A stretch of DNA of 64,000 bases from Prochlorococcus sp. AG-363-G03 (GTDB lineage Bacteria > Cyanobacteriota > Cyanobacteriia > PCC-6307 > Cyanobiaceae): NCBI GenBank assembly GCA_003280265.1, contig QCFJ01000001.1:36415-100414 (forward strand). Reading direction: 5' to 3'. The notes under the pieces were generated by a model. The model was not told where the DNA came from, did not search any database, and worked only from the letters and a program-made list of their open reading frames with translations. A program made the position numbers and the translations under genes. The first letter of the stretch is position 1, and every line of letters starts with the position of its first letter. This document shows positions 30,486 through 42,912 of this stretch, one piece after another.

Positions 30486-31649
30486 ATGGATTTTAAAAAA
30501 ATAAAACTGATTACAAATAATTTTTTCAATAATAGCAAAGTGTTAAAGATAGATTTGATAGGTTTTGGGCTTATCAATAAAACCTATATTATTCAACATT
30601 CTATAGATGGGGTAAAGTCTAAATTTATTTTACAGTGCCTAAGTGATATATTTGAATCACATGAGATAGTTAATATGAATCATAAATTAATAACAGATCA
30701 TATTAGAAAAAATATTAATAAAAATTATCTTGATTTTGATTCTCAAAGATGGGAAGTTCCAACCTTGATTAGGTGTAAAGCTAATAACCTTCATGCGTTT
30801 CCATTTGGTTCTGAATTCTGGCGAGCAATGTTATATATAGATGATACTTATAGCTTAGATACTTTAGAAGATAAAAAAATGGCTTATGAGACTGGTCTTG
30901 GTCTTGCTAAGTTTCATATAAATTGCTCTGATCTAGATTCTTCAAAATTAGGAATTAGTATAAAAAATTTCCATAATACTAAGTACTTTATAGATCAGTA
31001 TATGATAAATCTTAAAGATTATAACTTTCTCAAGTTAGATTATAAAGTAAATAAAAGGGTTCAAAAATTAATTTTTAGTCTATCTAATCACATATTATAT
31101 GCTAGTTCAATTCTAAGATCTATAGAGAAAAAATCAATAGATCGTACCGTTATACATGGTGATCCTAAGCTTAGTAATTTTCTTTTTGACATTAACTCAA
31201 AATATGTTGTTTCTTTGATTGATCTAGATACTGTCTCTTCTGGTTATCTTCTTACTGATTTGGCTGACTGTATTCGTTCAATTTGTAATCTGGCAGGTGG
31301 AGATCCAGAAAACATAGAGAATGTATTCTTTGATATTGACGCTTGTAAGTATTTTCTTGAAGGATATTTCTCACTATCAAATCATAACGGTAATTACTAT
31401 TTTGAATTCCTTCCCGAATTTATTTATTTGATCATAATTGAATTAACAATTAGATTTTTGAATGACTTTTTGCAATCAAATACGTACTTTAAAATAAAAT
31501 ACCAAACTCAAAATCTATATAGAGCAGAGGTTCAATACAGATTACTTTCAAGTTTCGTTGCTCAAATTCCTATTTTGTCAAATTTACTTCATGAAGTTGG
31601 GATTTTCTCAAACCAAATTTTTGTCTCAGATGTACAAAAAATTGTTTAG
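30486..31649 (+). CDS. APH/choline-kinase-like phosphotransferase (N-acetylhexosamine kinase-like)
   Basis: G.GLINKTY, FHNT, IHGDPKLSNFLF, LIDLDT and D.ADC.RS motifs. Confidence 0.85.
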   Translation: MDFKKIKLITNNFFNNSKVLKIDLIGFGLINKTYIIQHSIDGVKSKFILQCLSDIFESHEIVNMNHKLITDHIRKNINKNYLDFDSQRWEVPTLIRCKANNLHAFPFGSEFWRAMLYIDDTYSLDTLEDKKMAYETGLGLAKFHINCSDLDSSKLGISIKNFHNTKYFIDQYMINLKDYNFLKLDYKVNKRVQKLIFSLSNHILYASSILRSIEKKSIDRTVIHGDPKLSNFLFDINSKYVVSLIDLDTVSSGYLLTDLADCIRSICNLAGGDPENIENVFFDIDACKYFLEGYFSLSNHNGNYYFEFLPEFIYLIIIELTIRFLNDFLQSNTYFKIKYQTQNLYRAEVQYRLLSSFVAQIPILSNLLHEVGIFSNQIFVSDVQKIV

Positions 31650-31704
31650 GGTTTTCACATACCCCATCTTGTCACTAAAGTAAAATTGATATCTATTTTT
31701 TCTT

Positions 31705-33779
<2,075 letters not shown>

Positions 33780-33800
33780 CTTCCAAGTAGTTATATAGAT

Positions 33801-34694
33801 ATGGCTTTAATACTTCCACGTAGTTATCATAAAATATCCTCAATTGAAAAAAATCATATTTCATGGATTGAGCCTGAACTAGCAGAAAGGCAGGATATTA
33901 GACCTCTTAGGATTGGGATATTAAATATTATGCCATTGGGAAAACAATATGAATTTAATTTATTGCACCCCTTGGGGCTGTCTCCTCTGCAAATAGAACC
34001 TATTTGGATAAGGTTAAAATCCCATTCATATAAAACATGGGATTTAGAACATCTAAAAAACTTATATGTTCATTGGGAGGAGGCAATGTCTCCAATGCCT
34101 CTCGATGGGTTGATTATTACTGGAGCTCCTGTGGAACATCTTCCTTTCGAAAAGGTTAATTATTGGAATGAATTAGTAAGTCTAATCGAGGAATCAAAAT
34201 TAAAATGTGCAAGTACCCTAGGGTTATGTTGGGCTGGTTTCGCAATGGCATATATGGCTGGAGTTGAGAAAAATAATTTTAATAAAAAGCTATTTGGTGT
34301 ATATCCAATGAGGAGTCTTGTGCCTGGCCATTCTTTAATGGGAACACAAGATGATGAGTTCCTTTGCCCACAAAGTAGACATGCTGGCTTATCAGATATT
34401 GAGATGGAAAAAGCAGAAAAGAATGGCAAGCTTAGATTATTGGCCCATGGGGAAAAAGTAGGATATACAATTTTTGAAACACCTGACCAAAGGCAATTAA
34501 TGCATTTAGGGCATCCAGAATATAATGTTGATAGGTTGAAATCTGAGATGGAAAGAGATAAAAGAAGAGGTGATGTCCCTCCTCCAGAAAACTTTGATTT
34601 GACTAAATCAAATACTTCGTGGCGATCACATAGAAACTTATTATTTCAACAATGGTTGTGGTTCTGTTATCAACGTGTAAGCCTAAGTATTTGA
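33801..34694 (+). CDS. metA: Homoserine O-succinyl/acetyltransferase
   Basis: RQDIRPL, ITGAPVE, LCW, PQSRH and GHPEY motifs. Confidence 0.93.
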   Translation: MALILPRSYHKISSIEKNHISWIEPELAERQDIRPLRIGILNIMPLGKQYEFNLLHPLGLSPLQIEPIWIRLKSHSYKTWDLEHLKNLYVHWEEAMSPMPLDGLIITGAPVEHLPFEKVNYWNELVSLIEESKLKCASTLGLCWAGFAMAYMAGVEKNNFNKKLFGVYPMRSLVPGHSLMGTQDDEFLCPQSRHAGLSDIEMEKAEKNGKLRLLAHGEKVGYTIFETPDQRQLMHLGHPEYNVDRLKSEMERDKRRGDVPPPENFDLTKSNTSWRSHRNLLFQQWLWFCYQRVSLSI

Positions 34695-34743
34695 CTTTAT
34701 TAACTTTGTTAGTGAAGTGATTATCTTCGATAAATATAGTGGA

Positions 34744-36009
34744 CTATTTTAAAGGAGGCATTAAATTTCTTGGATCATAAATCCCTTTAATTTCTTGTAA
34801 TGTCGGAAGCCATTCTTTGAATGCCGAGGATAATTCTCTTTGATGCCAGTCTAAGTGGGGGTGTATTTGAGCAAGATGGACACCAGGGCATATGAATTCT
34901 AGGTTATTCCAAGCCTCCTCCATCCATTCGAGCGTTCTTTTTCTTTTTGATTGATCGAAGGCATCCCAAGCTCCATTAATCCAAGGTTTCCATGTCGATT
35001 CACGATGAATAAATGAAGTATCTCTATTATTTATATGTGTTATGCCTCCTAATTGTTGAGAAGCTAAATAACAACTTTTGTTAGGCCTTTTATTTATTAT
35101 GTCACGAATAATTTTTAATACTTTTGAATTATTCTTTTGCCAAGCAGGACCAAGTAAACCTAATACTTCAGAGTGCTTTGAATTATTATTTTTAGTCTTT
35201 CCTAAACTTAGATTTGGTAAAGAATTCATATCGTTGACTTTATTAATTATTCTATTTCGCGAGTATGGCAATTTCTCTAATAGCTTAATTAAGATGGACT
35301 CATCATCAGCACTTATAACTTCACCAATTGCATGAGCAAAAATGTCATCTCCACAAATCCATTGAAAGCTAAGTGAATTAGGCCAACTTTCGGCTTGATT
35401 AATACATTCTGATAGCTGAGCAAATGAAAGATTTGCTGTCCAACTTAATAGTGGTCTTAATGGCTGAGTCTTTAGCTTGACTTTTGTAATTATGCCTAGA
35501 AATATAGCGGCTCCACAAAGGGCTTTCCATTCGAAGAATGATTTTTTTTGTATGTTTGGTTGAATTAAATGAAACTCCTTCCCATTTCCCCAAAACCCTT
35601 TAATTTCAACGATCTGATCAATTGCTAATCCTCTGCTTCTACTAAGTGGACTTATGCCACCGGTCAAGACATATCCTATTCCTGTCTTCCCTGATAAACC
35701 AATTGGAAAACTTCTATTATGATTTTTTAAAAAACCGGATAACTCGCCCATAGTTACTCCAGCTTCAATTTCTACTTGCTTTTTGTCTAGATCGAAAGAT
35801 ATATTTTGGTATTTTTTCCTTAGATCTAATATCCAATGTTTATCTGCTGCAGCTCTACTTGTAGTACCTCCACTAGAAACTAAAAAAGGATTGGACTTTT
35901 GTTCAGATCCTTTTAGGTATTGGAATAATTCTGCGTTGACAGTTTCAAAAACGCCAAGGACATCACTGTCATTGGAATTTTGATTTTGTAGTGATATTAA
36001 ATCTTTAAT
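34744..36009 (-). CDS. FAD-binding oxidoreductase (PCMH/BBE type); true start probably ATT, upstream of the tracked ORF
   Basis: Frame is open 86 codons upstream of ATG 35751 and encodes FLVSSGGTTS...WILDLR...VEIEAGVTMG; C-terminal IK.IYDP.N motif. Confidence 0.8.
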   Translation of the reverse strand: MKDLISLQNQNSNDSDVLGVFETVNAELFQYLKGSEQKSNPFLVSSGGTTSRAAADKHWILDLRKKYQNISFDLDKKQVEIEAGVTMGELSGFLKNHNRSFPIGLSGKTGIGYVLTGGISPLSRSRGLAIDQIVEIKGFWGNGKEFHLIQPNIQKKSFFEWKALCGAAIFLGIITKVKLKTQPLRPLLSWTANLSFAQLSECINQAESWPNSLSFQWICGDDIFAHAIGEVISADDESILIKLLEKLPYSRNRIINKVNDMNSLPNLSLGKTKNNNSKHSEVLGLLGPAWQKNNSKVLKIIRDIINKRPNKSCYLASQQLGGITHINNRDTSFIHRESTWKPWINGAWDAFDQSKRKRTLEWMEEAWNNLEFICPGVHLAQIHPHLDWHQRELSSAFKEWLPTLQEIKGIYDPRNLMPPLK

Positions 36010-36095
36010 AATTTGCTCCTTTTTCTATAATGAGTTTCTTAAGTTGATATTTTATAAAAATATAATCAATTAAAGTAGTTTTTTGCTAAATCATT

Positions 36096-37139
36096 TTGGT
36101 TTACCCCGCTTCAATTAAATATCAATATCCATCTGATATTGGGATTGTTTTATGTGGGCATGGGAGTAGAGATTCTCAAGCAGTAAAAGAGTTTATTAAT
36201 GTTGTAGAAAAAATAAAAGCCAGAATACCTGATATTCCTGTTGTATTTGGTTTCCTAGAGTTTAATCGTCCGATCATCAGTGAAGCGTTAGATCAACTTA
36301 GAAATATGGGAATTAGAAGAATAATTGCTTTGCCAGCAATGTTATTTGCTGCTGGACATACAAAAAATGATATCCCTGCAGTTTTAAATAAATATTCTGC
36401 TGAAAGTGGAATTACTATTCAATACGGCAGGGAGCTTGGCCTAAATTCGTTAATGATTGGAGCAGCAGGAGCAAGACTTAGAGAAACAATTGATAGTAAT
36501 CCAATTTTCCCTCTTTCTCAAACATTGCTTGTTGTAGCCGGGAGAGGTTCTTCAGATCCAGATGCTAATTCAAATGTTTGTAAAATCACAAGGATGCTTG
36601 TGGAAGGTTTTGGTTTTGGATGGGGTGAAACCGTTTTTTCAGGAGTAACATTCCCTCTTGTTGATCCTGGTTTGAGACATGCTCTTAAATTGGGTTTTAA
36701 AAGGGTAATTCTTTTACCTTATTTCCTTTTTTCTGGAGTTTTGGTAAGTCGAGTTAGAGTTCATTCTTTAAGAGTTTCAAATGATAATCCTGACGTAGAG
36801 TTTCTAAATGCAAGTTACCTATCAGATCAAGATTTGGTTATTGATACCTTCATGGAAAGAATTCAAGAAGTTTTGAGTGGAGAGAATTTTATGAATTGCG
36901 CCTTATGTAAATACCGCTCCAATTTATTAGGCTTTGAGAGTGAGGTTGGATATGAGCAGAAAAGTCATCATGATCATGTTGAAGGGTGTCTAGATATTCA
37001 ATCTAATTTCGGAGATGAGGGCAAAAATAAGAAAAAAAATTTCTCAGAGAATAAAACACACGAGCACTCACACGAACATTTTCCTTATCCACATGCTCAG
37101 CATCCTTTAGGACCTGTCACGCTTCGCTCTTTAAATTAA
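36096..37139 (+). CDS. cbiX: Sirohydrochlorin cobaltochelatase (CbiX)
   Basis: GHGSRD, FAAGHTKNDIP, GRGSSDPDAN, MNCALCKY motifs and a His-rich tail. Confidence 0.9.
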   Translation: MVYPASIKYQYPSDIGIVLCGHGSRDSQAVKEFINVVEKIKARIPDIPVVFGFLEFNRPIISEALDQLRNMGIRRIIALPAMLFAAGHTKNDIPAVLNKYSAESGITIQYGRELGLNSLMIGAAGARLRETIDSNPIFPLSQTLLVVAGRGSSDPDANSNVCKITRMLVEGFGFGWGETVFSGVTFPLVDPGLRHALKLGFKRVILLPYFLFSGVLVSRVRVHSLRVSNDNPDVEFLNASYLSDQDLVIDTFMERIQEVLSGENFMNCALCKYRSNLLGFESEVGYEQKSHHDHVEGCLDIQSNFGDEGKNKKKNFSENKTHEHSHEHFPYPHAQHPLGPVTLRSLN

Positions 37140-37537
37140 AGCCAAATATAAAAAAAATAGGTTTAAATTGAAGGCTCATTTGTCTCTTTCTTAGCTGCGA
37201 CGCAATGGACTCGTTATCTATATGTTTTTTTAATGTTTACTTTCAGCTCTTTTCCCCAAGTGATTTCCACAGCAAGTGTGTAGTTTTCCACTGCAAAATA
37301 CTAAGACCCTAGCTTTAATGAAGGACTTGTGGGATTCATTGAAAATTTTAATAGTCATTTACACTCAGATACGTTCAATAGATAAACCTATTTTTTTTGA
37401 GATTATTCCTCGAAAAACCTTTTTGATAAATGAGTCTAGCTCTGTCTCGTTTTCTTTGTATAGCTTTTCTTCATCTTTGACGTTTTATTGAAAATTTAAG
37501 ATCCTTATGTCATAGATATTGAACTTTTTAAAAGAAA

Positions 37538-37807
37538 ATGGAGTTTAATCAAATTGAAACCCGTGTTGAAGAAATAAAAACCGATGAGGTTAAATGTTGT
37601 GAAAATGAATTAGACCTTATGTCTATAAGTCTTGAGGCTGAAGTGCCTGAAGCTCTATATATTGGCATGAAGGATTTTATTAGTGGAAATGAGAAGTGGG
37701 ATCAGTCCAAGCTTATTAGCTCAGCCATTGCAAATTTTCTTTTTCAAAATGGTTCTGAAGATAGGGCCGTTACTGAGAAATACTTAAATGATATTTTTAA
37801 CCTTTAA
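37538..37807 (+). CDS. DUF2811 domain protein
   Basis: SLEAEVPEALY..M.DFI.....WDQ...SSAIANFLFQNG pattern. Confidence 0.8.
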   Translation: MEFNQIETRVEEIKTDEVKCCENELDLMSISLEAEVPEALYIGMKDFISGNEKWDQSKLISSAIANFLFQNGSEDRAVTEKYLNDIFNL

Positions 37808-39440
37808 AGTCAAAAATTGCCTTTTCACAAGCTCTTTTAGTTATTGCCATCATAGTTAAGGTTGGGCTTTGCCAAGAAGAAGTTGGCCAGCAAGCTCCGT
37901 CAACTACCAATACATTTTGGCATTCCCATAGACGATTCCAATTGTCTACAACACTCTTCTCTTTGTTATCTCCCATTGGTGCACCTCCTACCTCATGGAT
38001 GTAATAACCTGGAGGTGGAGCATCCTTATTAACGGCAACAGATTTATTTAGAATTTGTTTGGCAAAAGGAATATTTACTATTTCATTTGCTGGGATAATG
38101 GTTCCATTGCCAGAATTGATAATTAGTTCAATCATTCTATTCATTTCTTTGACCATTTGTTTTTCATTTTCACGCCAAACTATGGATATGTGTGGAATAG
38201 CAATATCGTATTGATCTGTGCTTTTTGAAAGAGAAACAGTGTTATTAATATTAGGGAGTACTTCACCGTGACCAATAAGAAATCCTGTTTTTGTATCATT
38301 GTATTTTTTTAAGAAGTCTGGTGGTTCAAATCTATCTATTCCTCCCCAGATTCCATATCCTCCAACAAAGCTTTTTTTAGTTGATTGTCCTCTGCCTATT
38401 GGAATAAAGAAGCTTCCAGCGCCTGTTAAAAGATTTTCATGATGTTTGTTAGAATAATTTTTGATTTTCTTATCAATTGGGACAGTAAAAAATCTACAAG
38501 TTGATATATGATCCATTAAGTTCCTTCCCAATGATTGAGATGGATCTATTAGACCGTTGTCATTATTGCTCTCTTCGGAACTTAGTAGAATCCTAATTGT
38601 TTGGATTGTTGATGAACATAATATGATTAATTTACTTTCTATTTCACTTCTTTCTCCATTCCTTTGGTTAACAACAATTACACTCTTTGCAGACTTTCTA
38701 TCCTTATTTAATACTAATTTCTCTACAATATGATTTGATAGTATTTCTACTTTTTCTAATCTAATTGCTTCTTTTAATGTACTACCTAGACTACTATATT
38801 TAGGCCATTTCGTTTTATCTTCATGGGCCCCAAACCCTCTGGAATGTATAAAAGGAAGATTTAATTTTTCTTTTATATTAGAGGCGAATCGTTCTTCGCT
38901 TTCTGTGAATGGAAGTTTGCCAATATATTCACCATTAGGCAGTTGATTTAGATCGTCTTTGTTCCCAAATATCCCTAGAAAATTCTCTACATCTGAGTAA
39001 TGTATCTCAAGATCTTTATAACTAATAGGCCATTCAAGATTGTATTCTTTCTCTTTTGAGGCTTCAAAATCTTCTTTGGCTAATCTTAAAGTTATTCCTC
39101 CCCATGTAAGACTTCTTCCACCAACTTGATTTCCTTGAGTCCACATGAAAGGAGCTCTCGGTGGGTGAGTGTATGGGTTTGCTTTTTTGTTGGCGTACAA
39201 TAATGGATTTGATTTCCAAAACCCTGGATGTTGAGGTTGGTTTTGATAATTGCCAGTTGTAACTCCTATTAGTCTTCGAATCATATTGCAAGGCTCTGTT
39301 CCGTTTGCTCTCTTTATTTCAAGTTCTGGCCCTCTTTCAATTACTAATACTCTTACTCCTGCCTTAGCCATTGTTAAGGCAGCCATCCCTCCGGTTGCAC
39401 CAGAACCAATAATTATGACTTCATATGGCTTGTTAATCAT
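37797..39440 (-). CDS. GMC-family oxidoreductase
   Basis: GSGATGG, GGRSLTWG, GRNLMDH, HEVGGAPMG and PTLTMMA motifs. Confidence 0.92.
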   Translation of the reverse strand: MINKPYEVIIIGSGATGGMAALTMAKAGVRVLVIERGPELEIKRANGTEPCNMIRRLIGVTTGNYQNQPQHPGFWKSNPLLYANKKANPYTHPPRAPFMWTQGNQVGGRSLTWGGITLRLAKEDFEASKEKEYNLEWPISYKDLEIHYSDVENFLGIFGNKDDLNQLPNGEYIGKLPFTESEERFASNIKEKLNLPFIHSRGFGAHEDKTKWPKYSSLGSTLKEAIRLEKVEILSNHIVEKLVLNKDRKSAKSVIVVNQRNGERSEIESKLIILCSSTIQTIRILLSSEESNNDNGLIDPSQSLGRNLMDHISTCRFFTVPIDKKIKNYSNKHHENLLTGAGSFFIPIGRGQSTKKSFVGGYGIWGGIDRFEPPDFLKKYNDTKTGFLIGHGEVLPNINNTVSLSKSTDQYDIAIPHISIVWRENEKQMVKEMNRMIELIINSGNGTIIPANEIVNIPFAKQILNKSVAVNKDAPPPGYYIHEVGGAPMGDNKEKSVVDNWNRLWECQNVLVVDGACWPTSSWQSPTLTMMAITKRACEKAIFDFKG

Positions 39441-39771
39441 TTATGGGGAATTTGATATTTTAGATTTGGTAAATTTAGCTAATAAATTTTTCTTTACATA
39501 GAAAATATATATTAAAATAGATAAATTTGCTAGATAGTTAGAAATTTTTATTAAGTTATATCTTTTTTGTTGGCACTAAAACAACTCTAGTATGGAATAT
39601 TTTATATTATATAATTTAAAAATTAGAAATATAGGAATTAAGATGATTAGATTGACTTAATATAAATCCAAAGTAAATATTTTTTTGATCTAATAAATAT
39701 TAAATTCAATATTTATATATTTTATTTCCATTTGGAATTAAAATATAATCAATAGTAGTTTTAAGAAATTT

Positions 39772-40242
39772 ATGTTTAAACTTCTTCTTGTTTTTGTAAG
39801 CTCACTCCTGGTTTTCTATTGTTCTCTTCCAGTTTTTGCGGCTTTGGACTATGGAAAGCAAACCTTGATAGGCGCTGATTTTTCTAACATTGATCTAAAA
39901 GGGGCCACTTTTTATTTAAGTGATCTCCAGGATGCTGACTTTTCAGGCAGTGATCTTCAAGGAGCTAGCTTTTTTGATGCAAAGCTTGAAAACGCTAACT
40001 TAAGTAATACAAATATGAGAGATGTGACAATGGATGCGGCCATCCTTAATGGCGCAAACCTTTCAAATAGTGTGTTAGAAGGTGCTTTTGCTTATAATGC
40101 TAAATTCGAAAACGTTATTATTGATGGTGCTGATTTTACTGATGTATTAATTGCTAATGATGTTAAGAAAAACTTGTGTGTTATAGCAGATGGGACAAAT
40201 AGCGTTACTAATAAAAAAACAAGTGAATCATTGGATTGTTAG
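39772..40242 (+). CDS. Pentapeptide repeat protein (exported/lumenal)
   Basis: Signal peptide plus A(D/N)L/F repeats, two C-terminal Cys. Confidence 0.9.
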   Translation: MFKLLLVFVSSLLVFYCSLPVFAALDYGKQTLIGADFSNIDLKGATFYLSDLQDADFSGSDLQGASFFDAKLENANLSNTNMRDVTMDAAILNGANLSNSVLEGAFAYNAKFENVIIDGADFTDVLIANDVKKNLCVIADGTNSVTNKKTSESLDC

Positions 40243-40454
40243 TAAAAATCACGCTTTTTAACACATACGGTAATGATCTTAAAGACATGTTATGGCTTTT
40301 GTAGTTTTCATGTTTTAATAATTTACTAATTCTTTTTAAATATTTTTTATGCCTACATTATTTAAAAGAGTTGTAAGTTAAATCGAAATATGTAATTGGT
40401 ATTGTCTTTATAATTATCTACTCATAATAAAGATAGATTTTTAGTCTCTGTCTT

Positions 40455-41186
40455 TCATTTTTGAAATGCTTTATTCCAGCAATGAGAAGCTAGACCAAGA
40501 GACATTAGTACTTCAAATATTTCCTGATCATTGCGAATTTGACTTATTGTCGATGCCTGAGAGATATCAAAATAGAAATAAAATAAAGCTACAAATAGGA
40601 AATAAAGACTATATCTTTTTGAAGGGAAAGAATCAATTGAGGGCCATGCTCTCCAACCAATCCATCCAAGAAAGAGACAAGAAATCTCGAAAGATGGATC
40701 TAATAGATAATGATGAAAAAAGTGAATATTATGAATGCTGGTCTCACCTTGACTATTTATTGCTCTAATAGAATCTATTCCTATCCCAGTTAAACGCTCT
40801 CCCCAACTTATTTCTTCTCCAGCTACAAAAAAACAAACCAAAGCTAAAATCAACCAAGCTATCCATCTTTTATTAATTCCTATTCTCCTGCGTTTAAAAA
40901 GGATAAGACTTGAACATATAAAACCTAAAAAATATCCTATAAACTGTATCCACTCCAAAGGCCCATCTTCGCTTCTAAACCAATCAAACCAGCTCATACC
41001 TACGACATCTCTGCCATAAGGAAATATATATATAAAACCGTAAATAAATAATAGATAAACGACAGGGAAAATATCTACAGTAGGCTCAATATTTCCCCAA
41101 CTTGTGTAAATGATTTTCGGCTTGCTGATGGTGAATGGATTTAGGTACTTTAGAATTGAGATCATATTAGGCTTTGAATATTTCAA
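40455..41186 (-). CDS. Hypothetical integral membrane protein
   Basis: Multi-TM protein with EDGPLEW, GEEISWG, N.QGET.IHN and DQEIFE motifs. Confidence 0.75.
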   Translation of the reverse strand: MKYSKPNMISILKYLNPFTISKPKIIYTSWGNIEPTVDIFPVVYLLFIYGFIYIFPYGRDVVGMSWFDWFRSEDGPLEWIQFIGYFLGFICSSLILFKRRRIGINKRWIAWLILALVCFFVAGEEISWGERLTGIGIDSIRAINSQGETSIHNIHFFHHYLLDPSFEISCLFLGWIGWRAWPSIDSFPSKRYSLYFLFVALFYFYFDISQASTISQIRNDQEIFEVLMSLGLASHCWNKAFQK

Positions 41187-41420
41187 CCTTATTATAAATT
41201 CTTACTACCTTTTATAGAGCATTTAACTTATTAGTAATTTATAAAGCTACATTAAATATGTTATTATACTAATATAGTTTTTTATTTTTTTTTGTCTAAT
41301 ATAAATTTAGAAAAATAATACTTTATTTCAAAATTTTTGTACAAAATAGTTTCTTTACTTCAGTTTAGTTGTTTTGAGCCTAATATTGATTTATTAGTTT
41401 TTCAGACATTTTAGTTTTAA

Positions 41421-42626
41421 TTGTCAAAAATCCTTTTCCTAAGTAATGGGCACGGAGAAGACCTTTCAGGCTCTCTTATGGGAGATGCATTTAAGAAGCT
41501 TGGACATGAAGTAAAGGCCTTACCTCTTGTTGGAAATGGTGAATCTTACTTGAAGGCAGGGATAAAAGTCCTTGGAAAGACCAAATCATTTAGTACAGGT
41601 GGAATGGGATATACAAGTCTGAAAGGTCGAATTCTTGAATTAATGCAAGGCCAGATCATTTATCTAATTAAACGAATTTACCTTTTATTTTTGATTTCAT
41701 CTAAATATGATTTGTTGGTTGTCGTAGGGGATGTGCTCCCCGTCACGGTAGCTTGGTTGACAAGATTGCCTGTAATAACTTATCTGGTAGCGTATTCAAG
41801 TCATTATGAAGGAAAGTTAAAGTTACCTTGGCCTTGTTCTAATTGTTTGACTAGCGATAAATTTTTAAAAGTTTATACGAGAGATAAACTTACTGCAGAT
41901 CATTTGAAAAGAAAAATATTTGGCAAAGTTGAATTTATTGGCAACCCTTTTATGGACCCATTTTTAACTAGACATCAAAGTTTGCCAAAACATAATAAGC
42001 GTTTGGGAATATTGCCTGGCAGCAGAATGCCTGAAGTAGGTGAGAATTTATCTCTAATACTTAAAGTTATTGAAAATGTCACGAATTTAAAGAGTAAAAA
42101 TACTGATATAAGTTTTGATGTTGCATTGGTCCACACATTAGATGACTATTCTTTAAGAAGCATAATAACTTTGGATGGATGGAGATTGTGTTTTCCAAGT
42201 AACAAAGACCATCCATTGAAAATAATAAAAAATCATTCAATTGTTAATGTCTATAGGGATTCATTTGTCAAAGTTGTTCAAAGCAGTAATGTTTTAATTT
42301 GTATGGCTGGAACTGCTACTGAACAAGCAGCTCTTCTAGGAAAGTTAATTGTTCAGATAGAAGGAAAAGGCCCGCAGTTTAATGCATCCTTTGCTGAAGC
42401 ACAGAGAAGGTTACTAGGACCTAATGTGTTTTGTGCTGATGGGTCAGTTCAAGAGGATAAATATATGCTTTCAACCTGTAAATTGATTCTTAATTTGTTA
42501 GAGAGTAATTGTCAGGTTGACTTTTTAAAAGAAAATGAAAACCAACAAATTTATGGAAGAAGGACTGTTGAAGGAATATCAGAAATGATGGCTAAATCAA
42601 TAACAAATTCTTTTTTAAACTATTAA
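41421..42626 (+). CDS. Lipid-A-disaccharide synthase-related protein (TIGR03492-like GT-B)
   Basis: SNGHGED, GNPFMD, LPGSR.PE, MAGTATEQ and GPQF...FAEAQ.RLLG motifs. Confidence 0.88.
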   Translation: MSKILFLSNGHGEDLSGSLMGDAFKKLGHEVKALPLVGNGESYLKAGIKVLGKTKSFSTGGMGYTSLKGRILELMQGQIIYLIKRIYLLFLISSKYDLLVVVGDVLPVTVAWLTRLPVITYLVAYSSHYEGKLKLPWPCSNCLTSDKFLKVYTRDKLTADHLKRKIFGKVEFIGNPFMDPFLTRHQSLPKHNKRLGILPGSRMPEVGENLSLILKVIENVTNLKSKNTDISFDVALVHTLDDYSLRSIITLDGWRLCFPSNKDHPLKIIKNHSIVNVYRDSFVKVVQSSNVLICMAGTATEQAALLGKLIVQIEGKGPQFNASFAEAQRRLLGPNVFCADGSVQEDKYMLSTCKLILNLLESNCQVDFLKENENQQIYGRRTVEGISEMMAKSITNSFLNY

Positions 42627-42676
42627 AATGTAATAAATCTGTTTAAAAATTTAATTGTTGATTTAGTATATTATCG

Positions 42677-42823
42677 CTAATATTTTTCAGGATCGTATTC
42701 TGTCCATGAAGATTTTAGTTTATTTTCTTTTTTAAACTTATCAGCTATATATTGCAGCCTTAATATGTCAACACGCCATAGATTATAAATTCTAAATTTA
42801 CCAAATTTATCTGAATCAAGCAA
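42677..42823 (-). CDS. Small hypothetical protein (about 48 aa, not in ORF track)
   Basis: Manual translation (TTG start) LDSDKFGKFRIYNLWRVDILRLQYIADKFKKENKLKSSWTEYDPEKY; start uncertain. Confidence 0.4.
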   Translation of the reverse strand: MLDSDKFGKFRIYNLWRVDILRLQYIADKFKKENKLKSSWTEYDPEKY

Positions 42824-42912
42824 TTTCCAATGACTTAATTTTGAAGTTTAAGAAATGATGAGGAAGTAAAAATAATCAATAACTCAATAATGTAGATAAA
42901 TAATTGTCGAAT

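Noticed and set aside
35783-35983. 66-aa plus-strand ORF
   Set aside because: Antisense to the extended N-terminus of the FAD oxidoreductase
37276-37491. 71-aa plus-strand ORF in the cbiX-DUF2811 spacer
   Set aside because: No motif, Ser/Phe-rich tail, overlaps the DnaA-box-like cluster; probably non-coding
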